DNA from: Candidatus Krumholzibacteriia bacterium
Lineage (GTDB): Bacteria > Krumholzibacteriota > Krumholzibacteriia > LZORAL124-64-63
Length of the DNA stretch: 64,000 nucleotides
Direction of reading: 5' to 3'
NCBI GenBank assembly: GCA_050174015.1
Contig: JBFXKG010000004.1
Location: forward strand, 32,001 to 96,000
Part shown: piece by piece, positions 19,030-28,275 of the stretch
How the letters are laid out: each line of letters starts with the position of its first letter
Numbering within the stretch: position 1 is the stretch's first letter
The notes under the pieces: generated by a model
Databases searched by the model: none
Told to the model about the DNA's origin: nothing
Seen by the model: only the letters and a program-made list of their open reading frames with translations
Translations under genes and position numbers: made by a program

Positions 19030-20442
19030 GTGGCCAGACATCGCTTTCCCGAGGGATTCCTCTGGGGCACCGCCACCAGCGCCCAGCAGATCGAAGGCGG
19101 CCGCCATGACGGCGGGCGGGGCGAATCCATCTGGGACCGCTTCGCGGCCATCCCGGGCAAGATCGCCGACGGCTCCCGCCCCGACGTGACCTGTGACCAC
19201 TACCATCGCTGGCGGGAAGACATCGGACTGATGTCCGGCCTGGGGATGGGCGCCTACAGGTTCTCCATCGCCTGGCCGCGGATCATCCCCGCCGGCCGCG
19301 GCAAGGCCGATCCCGCGGGCCTCGACTTCTATGACGGCCTGGTGGACGGCCTGCTGGAAGCGGGCATCCAGCCCTTCCCCACGCTCTACCACTGGGACCT
19401 GCCCCAGGTGCTGCAGGACGAAGGCGGGTGGGCGAACCGCAACCTCACCGGGGCGTTCGCGGATTACGCCGCCGCGGTGGTGAGGCGCCTGGGCGATCGC
19501 GTCAAGCGCTGGACCACACACAACGAGCCCTGGTGCATCGCCACCCTCGGCCACGAGGAGGGGCATCACGCCCCCGGACACACCGATCCGGCCGAAGGTC
19601 TCCGCGTGGCCCACCACCTGCTGCTGTCCCACGGCCTGGCCGCGGGCGTCATCCGCGACGAGGTCCCCGGCGCCGAGGTGGGGATCGTCCTCATCCATTG
19701 CCCCGCGGAACCGGCCACACCCAGGGAGTCCGACCGCGAGGCCGCCCGCTGGTTCGACGGATTCTTCAACCGCTGGTACCTGGATCCCCTCTTCAGGAGC
19801 CGCTATCCCGAAGACGCGGTCTGGGACCGGGTGCAGCGCGGCCACCTGCCTGGCTCGGACCTGCCCTTCCTGCGGGACGGCGATCTCGAAACCATCGCCG
19901 CGCCCCTGGATTTCCTGGGCCTGAACTACTACAGCCGGAACGTCATGCGGATGGGGCCCGCCGGCCTGCCCGAGGCCGTGCCCGCCCCACCCTCCGCCGA
20001 GCGGACGGCGATGGGCTGGGAGGTCCATCCCCGGGGCATGGAGGACGCCCTCCTGCGCGTGCACCGCGACTACGGGCCCGGCTGCATCTACGTCACCGAG
20101 AACGGAGCGGCCTTTCCCGACCCCGCGCCGGTGGACGGCCGCATCGCCGACCCCCGGCGCATCGCCTATCTGCGGGGACATCTGCTGGCGGTCCATCGGG
20201 CCGTCGCGGCGGGCGTTCCCGTGCGCGGCTACTTCGCCTGGTCCCTGCTGGACAACTTCGAATGGGGATACGGATTCGAGAAGACCTTCGGCCTGTTCGC
20301 CCTCGAGCCGGACACCCTGGACCGGATCCCCAAGGACAGCGCCTTCTGGTATCGCGACGCCGCGGCGGTCAACGCCGTGGACGACGATGACGACCACCCC
20401 CTCCCTTCAACCCGAGGAGAGTCCCGTGCACTCGATGCTTAG
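19030..20442 (+). CDS. bglA: GH1 beta-glucosidase
   Basis: FPEGFLWGTATSAQQIEG, DHYHRWREDI, TLYHWDLPQ, HNEPW acid/base, YVTENG nucleophile, WSLLDNFEW; GTG start inferred. Confidence 0.92.
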   Translation: MARHRFPEGFLWGTATSAQQIEGGRHDGGRGESIWDRFAAIPGKIADGSRPDVTCDHYHRWREDIGLMSGLGMGAYRFSIAWPRIIPAGRGKADPAGLDFYDGLVDGLLEAGIQPFPTLYHWDLPQVLQDEGGWANRNLTGAFADYAAAVVRRLGDRVKRWTTHNEPWCIATLGHEEGHHAPGHTDPAEGLRVAHHLLLSHGLAAGVIRDEVPGAEVGIVLIHCPAEPATPRESDREAARWFDGFFNRWYLDPLFRSRYPEDAVWDRVQRGHLPGSDLPFLRDGDLETIAAPLDFLGLNYYSRNVMRMGPAGLPEAVPAPPSAERTAMGWEVHPRGMEDALLRVHRDYGPGCIYVTENGAAFPDPAPVDGRIADPRRIAYLRGHLLAVHRAVAAGVPVRGYFAWSLLDNFEWGYGFEKTFGLFALEPDTLDRIPKDSAFWYRDAAAVNAVDDDDDHPLPSTRGESRALDA

Positions 20443-23400
20443 CGGCAACCCGTTGCGCCATGCCCCTGGTGTGGCCCTGCTCGTGGTCCTGGCGATCGGC
20501 GGATCGTCCGCCTGGTCGGCCGAACCGGCCCTGCCCGCGATCGAGGTCGTCAAGGACGAGACCGGATCGCGCCTGATGGTCGGCGGCGAGGACTTCATGG
20601 TCTTCGGCATGAACTGGGACTACATGCCCATCGGGCAGAACTACTCGTACGACTTCTGGGGCAAGCCGGACGACTTCATCAAGGCGGCGCTCGAGAAGGA
20701 GATGTCCCTGATGAAGGCGATGGGGATCAACGTCATCCGCCACTACGTGGGCATGCCGCCGCGCTGGGTGCAGTACGTCTACGAGACCTACGGAATCTGG
20801 ACCGTGATCAACCACACCGTCGGCCGCTACGGCATGACCATCGACGGGGTGTGGATCCCGAACACCGACTACAGCGATCCTCGGGCGCGCGAGATCCTCA
20901 AGGCCGAGGTCCGCGCCCTGGTCGAGGAGTTCCGGGGCACGCCGGGTCTGCTGATGTACATGCTCGGCAACGAGAACAACTACGGCCTGTCCTGGTCCTC
21001 GTTCGAGATCGAGGCCCTGCCCGAGGGAGAGCGGTACGCCGCCAAGGCCGAGTTCCTGTACTCCCTCTTCGGCGAGGTCATCGCCGAGATCAAGAAGATC
21101 GACGCCGACGTGCCCGTCACCATGGCCAACGGCGACCTGGGCTACATCGACCTGATCGCCAAGCACTGCGACGGATTGGACGTCTTCGGCACGAACGTCT
21201 ACCGAGGGATCTCGGCGCGCGACCTCTACGAAGAGGTCGAGGCCAAGCTGGGCCTGCCCATCATGTACACCGAGTTCGGCTGCGACGCCTTCAACGCGAT
21301 CACGATGAAGGAGGACCAGATCAACCAGGCCTACTACCTGCTCGGCCAGTGGCGCGAGATCTACGAGCAGTCCGCGGGCAAGGGCAAGGTCGGCAACGCC
21401 ATCGGCGGCATGATCTTCCAGTGGAGCGACGGTTGGTGGAAGTTCCGCCAGGAGGAGCGCCTGGACATCCACGACACCAACGCCTCCTGGCCCAACGGCG
21501 GCTATCCCTTCGACTACCGCGAGGGCGAGAACAACATGAACGAGGAATGGTGGGGCATCTGCGCCAAGGGCTTCAACGACTCGCGCGGCCTCTACGAGGT
21601 CTATCCCCGGGCGGCCTACTACGCCCTGCGCGACGCCTTCCGCCTCGACCCGTACGCGCCGGACACGGACCTCGACGCCATCATCGAGCACTTCGGCAGG
21701 ATCAGCCCCATGGGCGCGGTGACCGCGGCCCGGGGCGACAAGGCCGCCCTGGTCGGCGACAAGCTGAGCAAGGTGCGCGTCTCGAACCTGCGCATGGAGT
21801 TCGAGACCTTCAGCACCGGCGGCGAGAACACCGCCATCCCCGAGGACATCACCGATCCGGTCCAGTACCCGGCCTTCCGCGGCTTCGACCAGCAGCAGTC
21901 GTTCTACATGGACGTCGAGGCGCAGCCGAACTCGAACGTCGTCGGCCGGCTGTCGTTGAACGTGCTCGGACAGGTGGCGAAGAATCCGATCGACGAGATC
22001 TTCTACGAGAACCGAGGCCGCTCGCGCACCGTCGCCGACGTCGACGGCGACGAGTTCGACCTGAACGATCTGAACCGGGTGCAGATCTACCAGGCCTCGA
22101 TCAACTGGGACGACCGCTGGTTCATGCTGGACGCCTTCTACCGCACCGGACACCTGCACTGGCAGTACGAGGGCGACTTCTTCGGCCTGTACCGCGACGC
22201 CTTCTACGGCGAGAACCTCGACATCTACAACGGCGAGGCTCCGCTGGGGGTCGAGATCTCGGGCAAGCGGATGTTCAGCGGCCTGAAGCTCGCCTTCGGT
22301 CCGCAGCTGTGGTGGGGCGCCAATCCGGCCTTCTTCGTCAAGTACCAGCGCAACTTCGCCGGCTTCGGCTGGACGACGATCTTCCAGGAGGACTTCGCGC
22401 AGCAGACCGAGACCACCAGTTCGATCGCCATCCCGGTCCCCAAGACCCGCAAGTGGGCGCTTTCGGCCACGAAGTCCTACGGCGGGTTCGACTTCGAGGG
22501 CGGCGTGCTCTGGGCGGGCCAGCCGCGCAAGGGCGACGTCTTCCAGCTGGTCGACGAGGAGATCGTCGCCTCCGGTGAGATCGCGCCCGGGGACGTCAAG
22601 CAGGACAGGATCAAGGCCGAGGACGCCTTCGGCTTCAAGGGCAAGCTGATCTGGCAGAAGGGCGCCTGGCGCTGGTACGGCCAGGGGGCCTACATGGGCC
22701 TGGTGGCCGACGGCGGCCCGTCGAACATCCACACCTTCACGGGCTGGCAGCTGAAGGACAGCGGCTCGGGCAACCAGACCAACGCCCTGACCGGATTCAC
22801 CTACAACAAGGGCGACTGGCAGTTCGGCCCGAACTTCCTGTGGCAGAAGCCCCTCGTCGGTCCGATGCCGCACAGCGAAGACCTGATCGGCACCGCCGGA
22901 CGCCCGCGCAACTGGCAGTCGGACCCCTTCGCGGTGATCTGGAACCGCGAGACCACCGCGGCCGAGATCCTGATCACCTACGACCCCCAGCCGGCCACCT
23001 GGTTCTACGCCTGGGACAACGACCGCCGCGAAAGCGCCGACCTGGCCTTCTCCCTCGGCCTGGTTCTGCGCAAGCACCACACCACGGCCGACGCCGGGCT
23101 GTTCGTGGCCGACACCGGCGTCATCTACCCGCACCCCGGCGGCACGCCCGCGCGCGACTGGGGCGACCTGTGGCACGTCCACGCCCGGATCGTGAACAGG
23201 CTGCCGCTGTTCGGGGAGGCCAAGCAGGTCAGCATGCTGATGCTGGGAACGGCCGAGCCGCGCGGCGACGACGAGCGCCTGGACACGATGTTCGGCCTGG
23301 GGACGCGCCTCATGTGGCCGCGCGTCTCGGCGTCGGGCACCTTCTCGGTGAACTCGTTCGGTCCCTACGACTACCACAGGGAGTTCAACATGACCTACCC

Positions 23401-23632
23401 CCTGCAGGTGATGTGGGAACTCAGCTACCACCTGGGCAATCCGCAGTGGTTCTACGGCGAGAACGAGACCCGGATCGGCGTGCGCGCCACCTACCGCACG
23501 CTGGACCGATACTCGCCGCGCTACGCGCCGGAAGGGGAACCCGTCCCCGAGATCCAGGGCGAACTCTACCCCGAGGGCCTGCCCGACGGGAAGGAATGGG
23601 AGATCCGCACCTTCCTGCACCTGTCCATCTGA
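20426..23632 (+). CDS. Secreted clan GH-A (GH2-like TIM barrel) glycosidase fused to a probable outer-membrane beta-barrel
   Basis: GAGGAG RBS + GTG; signal peptide; MGINVIRHY, LGNENNYG, YTEFGCD, FQWSDGWWK; C-terminal ~600 aa of aromatic-rich alternating strands ending WEIRTFLHLSI. Confidence 0.75.
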   Translation: MHSMLSGNPLRHAPGVALLVVLAIGGSSAWSAEPALPAIEVVKDETGSRLMVGGEDFMVFGMNWDYMPIGQNYSYDFWGKPDDFIKAALEKEMSLMKAMGINVIRHYVGMPPRWVQYVYETYGIWTVINHTVGRYGMTIDGVWIPNTDYSDPRAREILKAEVRALVEEFRGTPGLLMYMLGNENNYGLSWSSFEIEALPEGERYAAKAEFLYSLFGEVIAEIKKIDADVPVTMANGDLGYIDLIAKHCDGLDVFGTNVYRGISARDLYEEVEAKLGLPIMYTEFGCDAFNAITMKEDQINQAYYLLGQWREIYEQSAGKGKVGNAIGGMIFQWSDGWWKFRQEERLDIHDTNASWPNGGYPFDYREGENNMNEEWWGICAKGFNDSRGLYEVYPRAAYYALRDAFRLDPYAPDTDLDAIIEHFGRISPMGAVTAARGDKAALVGDKLSKVRVSNLRMEFETFSTGGENTAIPEDITDPVQYPAFRGFDQQQSFYMDVEAQPNSNVVGRLSLNVLGQVAKNPIDEIFYENRGRSRTVADVDGDEFDLNDLNRVQIYQASINWDDRWFMLDAFYRTGHLHWQYEGDFFGLYRDAFYGENLDIYNGEAPLGVEISGKRMFSGLKLAFGPQLWWGANPAFFVKYQRNFAGFGWTTIFQEDFAQQTETTSSIAIPVPKTRKWALSATKSYGGFDFEGGVLWAGQPRKGDVFQLVDEEIVASGEIAPGDVKQDRIKAEDAFGFKGKLIWQKGAWRWYGQGAYMGLVADGGPSNIHTFTGWQLKDSGSGNQTNALTGFTYNKGDWQFGPNFLWQKPLVGPMPHSEDLIGTAGRPRNWQSDPFAVIWNRETTAAEILITYDPQPATWFYAWDNDRRESADLAFSLGLVLRKHHTTADAGLFVADTGVIYPHPGGTPARDWGDLWHVHARIVNRLPLFGEAKQVSMLMLGTAEPRGDDERLDTMFGLGTRLMWPRVSASGTFSVNSFGPYDYHREFNMTYPLQVMWELSYHLGNPQWFYGENETRIGVRATYRTLDRYSPRYAPEGEPVPEIQGELYPEGLPDGKEWEIRTFLHLSI

Positions 23633-23661
23633 GCCGGGGCGGCATGCCCCGCGCCAAGACG

Positions 23662-23687
23662 ACGGCCCGGTTTCGCGACCGGGCCGT
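23662..23687. terminator. Hairpin between converging genes
   Basis: ACGGCCCGGT-ttcgcg-ACCGGGCCGT perfect 10-bp stem, weak U tract. Confidence 0.55.
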
Positions 23688-23710
23688 TCCTTCAGAATGA
23701 CCGATCCAGG

Positions 23711-25156
23711 CTAGAACCTGTTCCACAGCATCTGGTTGGTCACCTCGTGGTGGAACATGATCTCGGCGCGCTTGATGCGGTCGCCCAGCTCCCGGGGGCA
23801 GCGGTGGGCGCACATCTGCTTGAGCTCGAGATACTTGGCGTGACTGTCGGGCTCCATGAGTTCGCGGACCCACCCGCTGCGCCGGTAGCTGGTCATCGCG
23901 TCGTAGATGTTCCCCGGCAAAAGCCGCTTGCGGATGCGCTGGGGCTTGGGGGCGTCCTTCGGCGGTTCGGGACCCTCCAGCCCGGTCCGCAGCAGGGCGT
24001 AGATCACCAGGTAGGGGTTGGCGTCCGGTCCGACCGAACGGACCTCCAGGCGCTGGCCCGCGGGCCCGGCGTAGGGGATCCGGATCATGGAGCTGCGGTC
24101 CACGCTGCTGGCGGCGATCTCGTTGGGAGCCTCGAAGTGGGGATCGAGCCGGCGGTAGGCGTTGACGCTGGCATTGAGGATCAGGCACAGATCCTCGGCG
24201 CTGTGCAGGATGCGCCGGGTGAACTTCCGCCCCAGGACGGAAAGGTTGTCCTTGCCCTTGTCGTCCCAGAACTGGTTCACTCCGTCCTTGGCCAGGCTGA
24301 TGTTGGTGTGCATGCCGCTGCCGTTGATCCCGGTGATGGGCTTGGGCAGGAAGCTGGCGGTCATGTCCATGCTCTGGGCGACCTGGCGGCAGAGCAGCTT
24401 GTAGAGCTGGACCCGGTCCGCCGCGATCAGCGCCGGCGCGTACTTGAAGTTCATCTCGAACTGGCTGGGGCCCACCTCGGGGTGATCCTTCTCGTTCTCG
24501 AAGGCCATGGCGCGCTGCACCTCGGCCGCCGCGTCGATGAACTGGCGCAGCGGATCCTGGGGCAGGCTGTTGAAGTAGCCCCCCGTGGAGATGAGTTCGA
24601 ACTTGCCGGTCCGGTAGTACTTGCGCTCGGCGTCGCGGCCGTTGAACAGGAAGCCCTCGATCTCCGAGGCGACGTTGGCCACCAGACCTTGTTCGCGATA
24701 CAGCTTCTCGGTGTAGGCCAGCAGGCGCCCCCGGAAGTCCGCCTCGTAGGGCCGGCCGTCGCGGTCGAGCACGTGGCCGAAGACCAGGACCTTCCCGGGA
24801 CCGAAGATGTCCGCCGGCATCCAGTAGAAGGCCCGCCAGTCGATCTCCAGCCGCAGGTCGCTCTCCGCGATCGCGGTGAAGCCGCGGATGGAGGACCCGT
24901 CGAAGGTCAGGATGTCGCTCTTCAGCAGGAACTTCTTGTCGTAGTCCAGCATGTGGAAGCGGCCCTCGAGATCGGTGAAGGCCACGGTGACGGCCTTGAT
25001 GCGCTTCTCGGACTCCAGGTAGCTCCGCCTCTCCGCCTCGACCTCGTCCATGGGGCGCCACTGCACCTTGTTGTCCAGGGATGTCAGGTTGAGTTCCTCG
25101 AGCTTCTCGTAGGGGATTTCCAGGAATTCGCGCAGGGGGGCGTTGGACGGGGTCAT
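23711..25156 (-). CDS. glnA: Glutamine synthetase
   Basis: FDGSS, HPEVGPSQFE, FLPKPITGINGSGMHTNIS, NAYRRL..HFEAP, RSSMIRIP, RLEVRSV.PDANPYL. Confidence 0.9.
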   Translation of the reverse strand: MTPSNAPLREFLEIPYEKLEELNLTSLDNKVQWRPMDEVEAERRSYLESEKRIKAVTVAFTDLEGRFHMLDYDKKFLLKSDILTFDGSSIRGFTAIAESDLRLEIDWRAFYWMPADIFGPGKVLVFGHVLDRDGRPYEADFRGRLLAYTEKLYREQGLVANVASEIEGFLFNGRDAERKYYRTGKFELISTGGYFNSLPQDPLRQFIDAAAEVQRAMAFENEKDHPEVGPSQFEMNFKYAPALIAADRVQLYKLLCRQVAQSMDMTASFLPKPITGINGSGMHTNISLAKDGVNQFWDDKGKDNLSVLGRKFTRRILHSAEDLCLILNASVNAYRRLDPHFEAPNEIAASSVDRSSMIRIPYAGPAGQRLEVRSVGPDANPYLVIYALLRTGLEGPEPPKDAPKPQRIRKRLLPGNIYDAMTSYRRSGWVRELMEPDSHAKYLELKQMCAHRCPRELGDRIKRAEIMFHHEVTNQMLWNRF

Positions 25157-25455
25157 GACGGGCCTTTCGTTCAGGGGAAATGCAGAAGACCGCATGGATA
25201 TATTATAACCCTAAATTTGTCAAGAATAGACTAAATTATCTGAAAAATCTGAATTTTTCTCAAATTTTTCAAATTTAAACATATTTTGATTAAAATTTAA
25301 GGTAAACATTGTAATATGCCGGAAAATTTTCCGAGCTTTCACAAGTACCGCAGAACCACACCCCTTGACGATGGGGAAAAGCAACCCAAGCGGGACAGTC
25401 ATGCGAACTCGGAAAAAGAGAGGTGTTTTCTGGGCTAAAATCCCCTAACACCTTG

Positions 25456-27270
25456 TCATTTAACGAGAACCGCCCGCTTCGTCTCCACCTGCCCCCCAGC
25501 CTCGAGCCGGAAGAAGTAGGTCCCGCTGGCAACCTGCCGGCCCGACTCGTCCCTGCCGTCCCAGACGGCCTCGTGGCGCCCCTGGGGGAAGACCTGGTCG
25601 CTTAGCAGGGTTATGACCAACCTGCCCTGAAGGTCGAACACGTGCAGGCTCACGGCCTCCTGGGCCGGCAGTTCGAAGGCCACGGTCGTGGTGGGGTTGA
25701 ACGGATTGGGGACGGGGCCGAAAAGGACGGGTTTCACCGCTCCCCCCTGAAAGGGCGGCCGGTCCTCGTCCAGCCAGCCGGTCACGGGCCAGCTCATGGG
25801 GCCGACCGCTGCCACTCCCCCACCCAGCTTCTCGAACGGAAGCTCGGCCGTGTCCACCAGCAGGGTGTCCCCCAGGCTTGCCGAGACCCGGTAAGTGTAG
25901 GTCCCAGCCGGTGCCGCAGCAGGGACCTCCTGGACGATCCCGATCCGGGTCCGCACCGATGCCCCCGCCAAGGTCACCCCCGGCAGCGTCATCACGGGGT
26001 ACGCCGTGCCGTCGGGAAGAACCGCCTCAATGGTGAGGTCCGCCACGATGTCGGTCCCTGTATTGTTCTCGATGCTGGCGTCGTACAGGAAGCTGCCACC
26101 GGTCTCGGGGATGATGATGGTTGAGTCCTGGGGAGCCAGGGATACGACCAGATCGCTGTCACCGGTGGCGAAGGGGGTGTAGAGGACCTCGGCGTAGGCC
26201 CAAACTGGATCATCGTGCCAATCCCAAATCCATTCGGCTATCTGGGCAGAATCAACCGTTCCCCAGAAGTTTCCCCTCAGGTCGTGCGTCACCCCTCCAG
26301 TGCTAAAATGCTGAGTGCAAAGGACGGCATACTCGCTTGAGCCGTTTTGAAGTTCCGAAAAGCGAATGGAAGATGGTCCAACATTTTCCAGATTCACCAC
26401 GCTTCGGGATCCTCCCCGAAGGATCGAATTGGTTATCAAAAAACTATTCCCGGTTCCATTGGAGTTAACAGCGTCCATTCCGCCGGCGATATCACAGTGA
26501 TCCATTTGCATAAACACCCCACCAGGACGCAAAACTACTCCCACTCCGTATACATCAAATACCCGACAACGGGAAACCACCACATGGCTTCCAGTTGTTA
26601 CTGTAATCCCATGCCCCCCTCCGTACATATCACAATCAAAAATTTGCACATTATGAGGACCTTGTATTTGGGGCGGACTATTATCAAACGTACAACCATC
26701 AATTATAATCTCTTCGCCATACCCTAATAACAGAATCCCGTCACTATACAAAATATCCGACTCGAAATGTGAATCCCAAACCCCTCCTCCGGCTTCTGTT
26801 GAATACCACTGAATCCCCGTCACTGTTTCCTTGATAGTACAATTCTCAACGAATAATTTCCCATAATCATCATGGACTCCAACATTGACATTTTGCACAG
26901 TCAAGCCAACTATCCGCAAATCCCCAGATTCAGGAAAAGCTATCCCAATATTCACATCACCGGAATATATGGAGGGGCCGATTTGAGTGCTGGTTTCCCC
27001 GGATCCAATTATTGTTACATTGGCACTTCTTATACATCCCGCAACATCAAACCAACCACCTGCATTGGGAAGGTACTGCAAGTTCATCTCAGGGAATTCC
27101 CCCGACCCAATCAGAACCGTATCCCCGGCCGCAGCGGCATCCAGCGCCGGCTGCAGGGTCGCGAAATCCCCGCTACCATCCCGCTCCACCCGGATCACAG
27201 CCGCCTGGGATGCCCACGATCCGGCCGTTAACAGGAGAAGGCACAAGCTTCCAAAAAACTTCAATCTCAT
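25456..27270 (-). CDS. Secreted beta-helix repeat protein with Ig-like domain and FlgD tail
   Basis: Signal peptide; VIRVERDGSGDFATLQPALD...GDTVLIG; beta-helix core; PVPNPFNP...ASGTYFFRL...RAVLVK. Confidence 0.85.
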   Translation of the reverse strand: MRLKFFGSLCLLLLTAGSWASQAAVIRVERDGSGDFATLQPALDAAAAGDTVLIGSGEFPEMNLQYLPNAGGWFDVAGCIRSANVTIIGSGETSTQIGPSIYSGDVNIGIAFPESGDLRIVGLTVQNVNVGVHDDYGKLFVENCTIKETVTGIQWYSTEAGGGVWDSHFESDILYSDGILLLGYGEEIIIDGCTFDNSPPQIQGPHNVQIFDCDMYGGGHGITVTTGSHVVVSRCRVFDVYGVGVVLRPGGVFMQMDHCDIAGGMDAVNSNGTGNSFLITNSILRGGSRSVVNLENVGPSSIRFSELQNGSSEYAVLCTQHFSTGGVTHDLRGNFWGTVDSAQIAEWIWDWHDDPVWAYAEVLYTPFATGDSDLVVSLAPQDSTIIIPETGGSFLYDASIENNTGTDIVADLTIEAVLPDGTAYPVMTLPGVTLAGASVRTRIGIVQEVPAAAPAGTYTYRVSASLGDTLLVDTAELPFEKLGGGVAAVGPMSWPVTGWLDEDRPPFQGGAVKPVLFGPVPNPFNPTTTVAFELPAQEAVSLHVFDLQGRLVITLLSDQVFPQGRHEAVWDGRDESGRQVASGTYFFRLEAGGQVETKRAVLVK

Positions 27271-27301
27271 CGCTGATCCTCATTCCAGCCCCCTCGAACC
27301 T

Positions 27302-27987
27302 TCATTTTACCATAATCATCCGGTGATTTAAAGTTTTATCACCAGCCCGAATCTGGGCAAAGTACACCCCGCTGCTGGCAGGCTGGCCCCTGTCATCTCG
27401 CCCCCACCACTCCAGATCGTGGTACCCCGCCTCGAGAAAGCCCACCTTGAAATCCCTCACCAACCGACCCCGAAGATCGAAGATCCGCACGGTACATTCG
27501 CATGCCTTCGGCAGGGCAAGCTGGATGGTGGCAACCGGGTTAAAGGGATTGGGGTACGAGGAGACCCCCAGCACCTTGGGCAACGCCTCGTCCTCTGCCT
27601 CGTCTTGGTCATCCCGCTGGTTTTTGGCCAGCATGCTCGAGTCCCGAACGCAGAACTCCGGTTCCATCAGCACCTGGCAACCGGAGCTCACCTTCACCCA
27701 CTCCTCACCATCGGCGGTCACGAAGTAGGCGGACCGGTGCGGGACGTTCTGATACCCCACACCCAAGGGCAACCCCTCCTGCGGGGGGACATATCCTGCG
27801 GGATACTGCATGATCAGAAACAGGCTGCCCGACAGACTGGCCACGGGCTCGGAAAACTCCACTTCCGACCAATCCTCGGGTTGTCCGTGGACACTATCAG
27901 CCACCGCAACGGCTTCACTCAGCTGGGGAGGGAACAAGCCCGAGCCACTGGCCACCAGAACCCGGAAATAGGCCGATTCGACTCCCC
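27302..27987 (-). pseudogene. 5'-truncated secreted FlgD-tail protein
   Basis: Intact SYPNPFNP...SSGVYFAQI...RMIMVK tail but no signal peptide or RBS; the frame runs directly into the IS-like remnant. Confidence 0.6.
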
Positions 27988-28270
27988 TGTAGAGCCCACT
28001 TATTCTGTCGCCCTGTCTGACGATTAATCATGTGACATGTTCCCCGTCGATCGCCAGCAGTCCGTAATCCAATAACACCTGCTCCACGGCCCGGCGATGG
28101 GCGCTGTTCCTGCCTCGTCTGGTCTTGGCTTCATTGTACAGCTTCTGTTCCAGTCGGTCCACTTCCCTGCCGAACGCTTCGCGGCTGGGGAGCCTTTGCC
28201 CCCGCTGCTGGTGGGCCTCGTTGGCAGTCAGACCGCCAAAGGCCGGGCGCGGTGCCGGCCTCGCAGTATC
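27988..28270 (-). mobile_element. Remnant 3' end of a DDE (integrase-core-like) transposase with a possible TGT terminus
   Basis: Minus frame ...RPAFGGLTANEAH...RRAVEQVLLDYGLLAI stop at 28028 resembles the post-core RPHxxLGGxTP region; TGT at 27988 abuts the truncated gene. Confidence 0.45.
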
Positions 28271-28275
28271 CCGAA

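Noticed and set aside
25233..25270. CodY-box-like AATTwTCwGAAAAT sequences upstream of glnA
   Set aside because: CodY is essentially a Bacillota regulator, and such matches arise easily in AT-rich tracts
2340..27090. Diversity-generating retroelement explaining the variable beta-helix cores
   Set aside because: No reverse transcriptase and no template/variable repeat pair with adenine-specific differences seen
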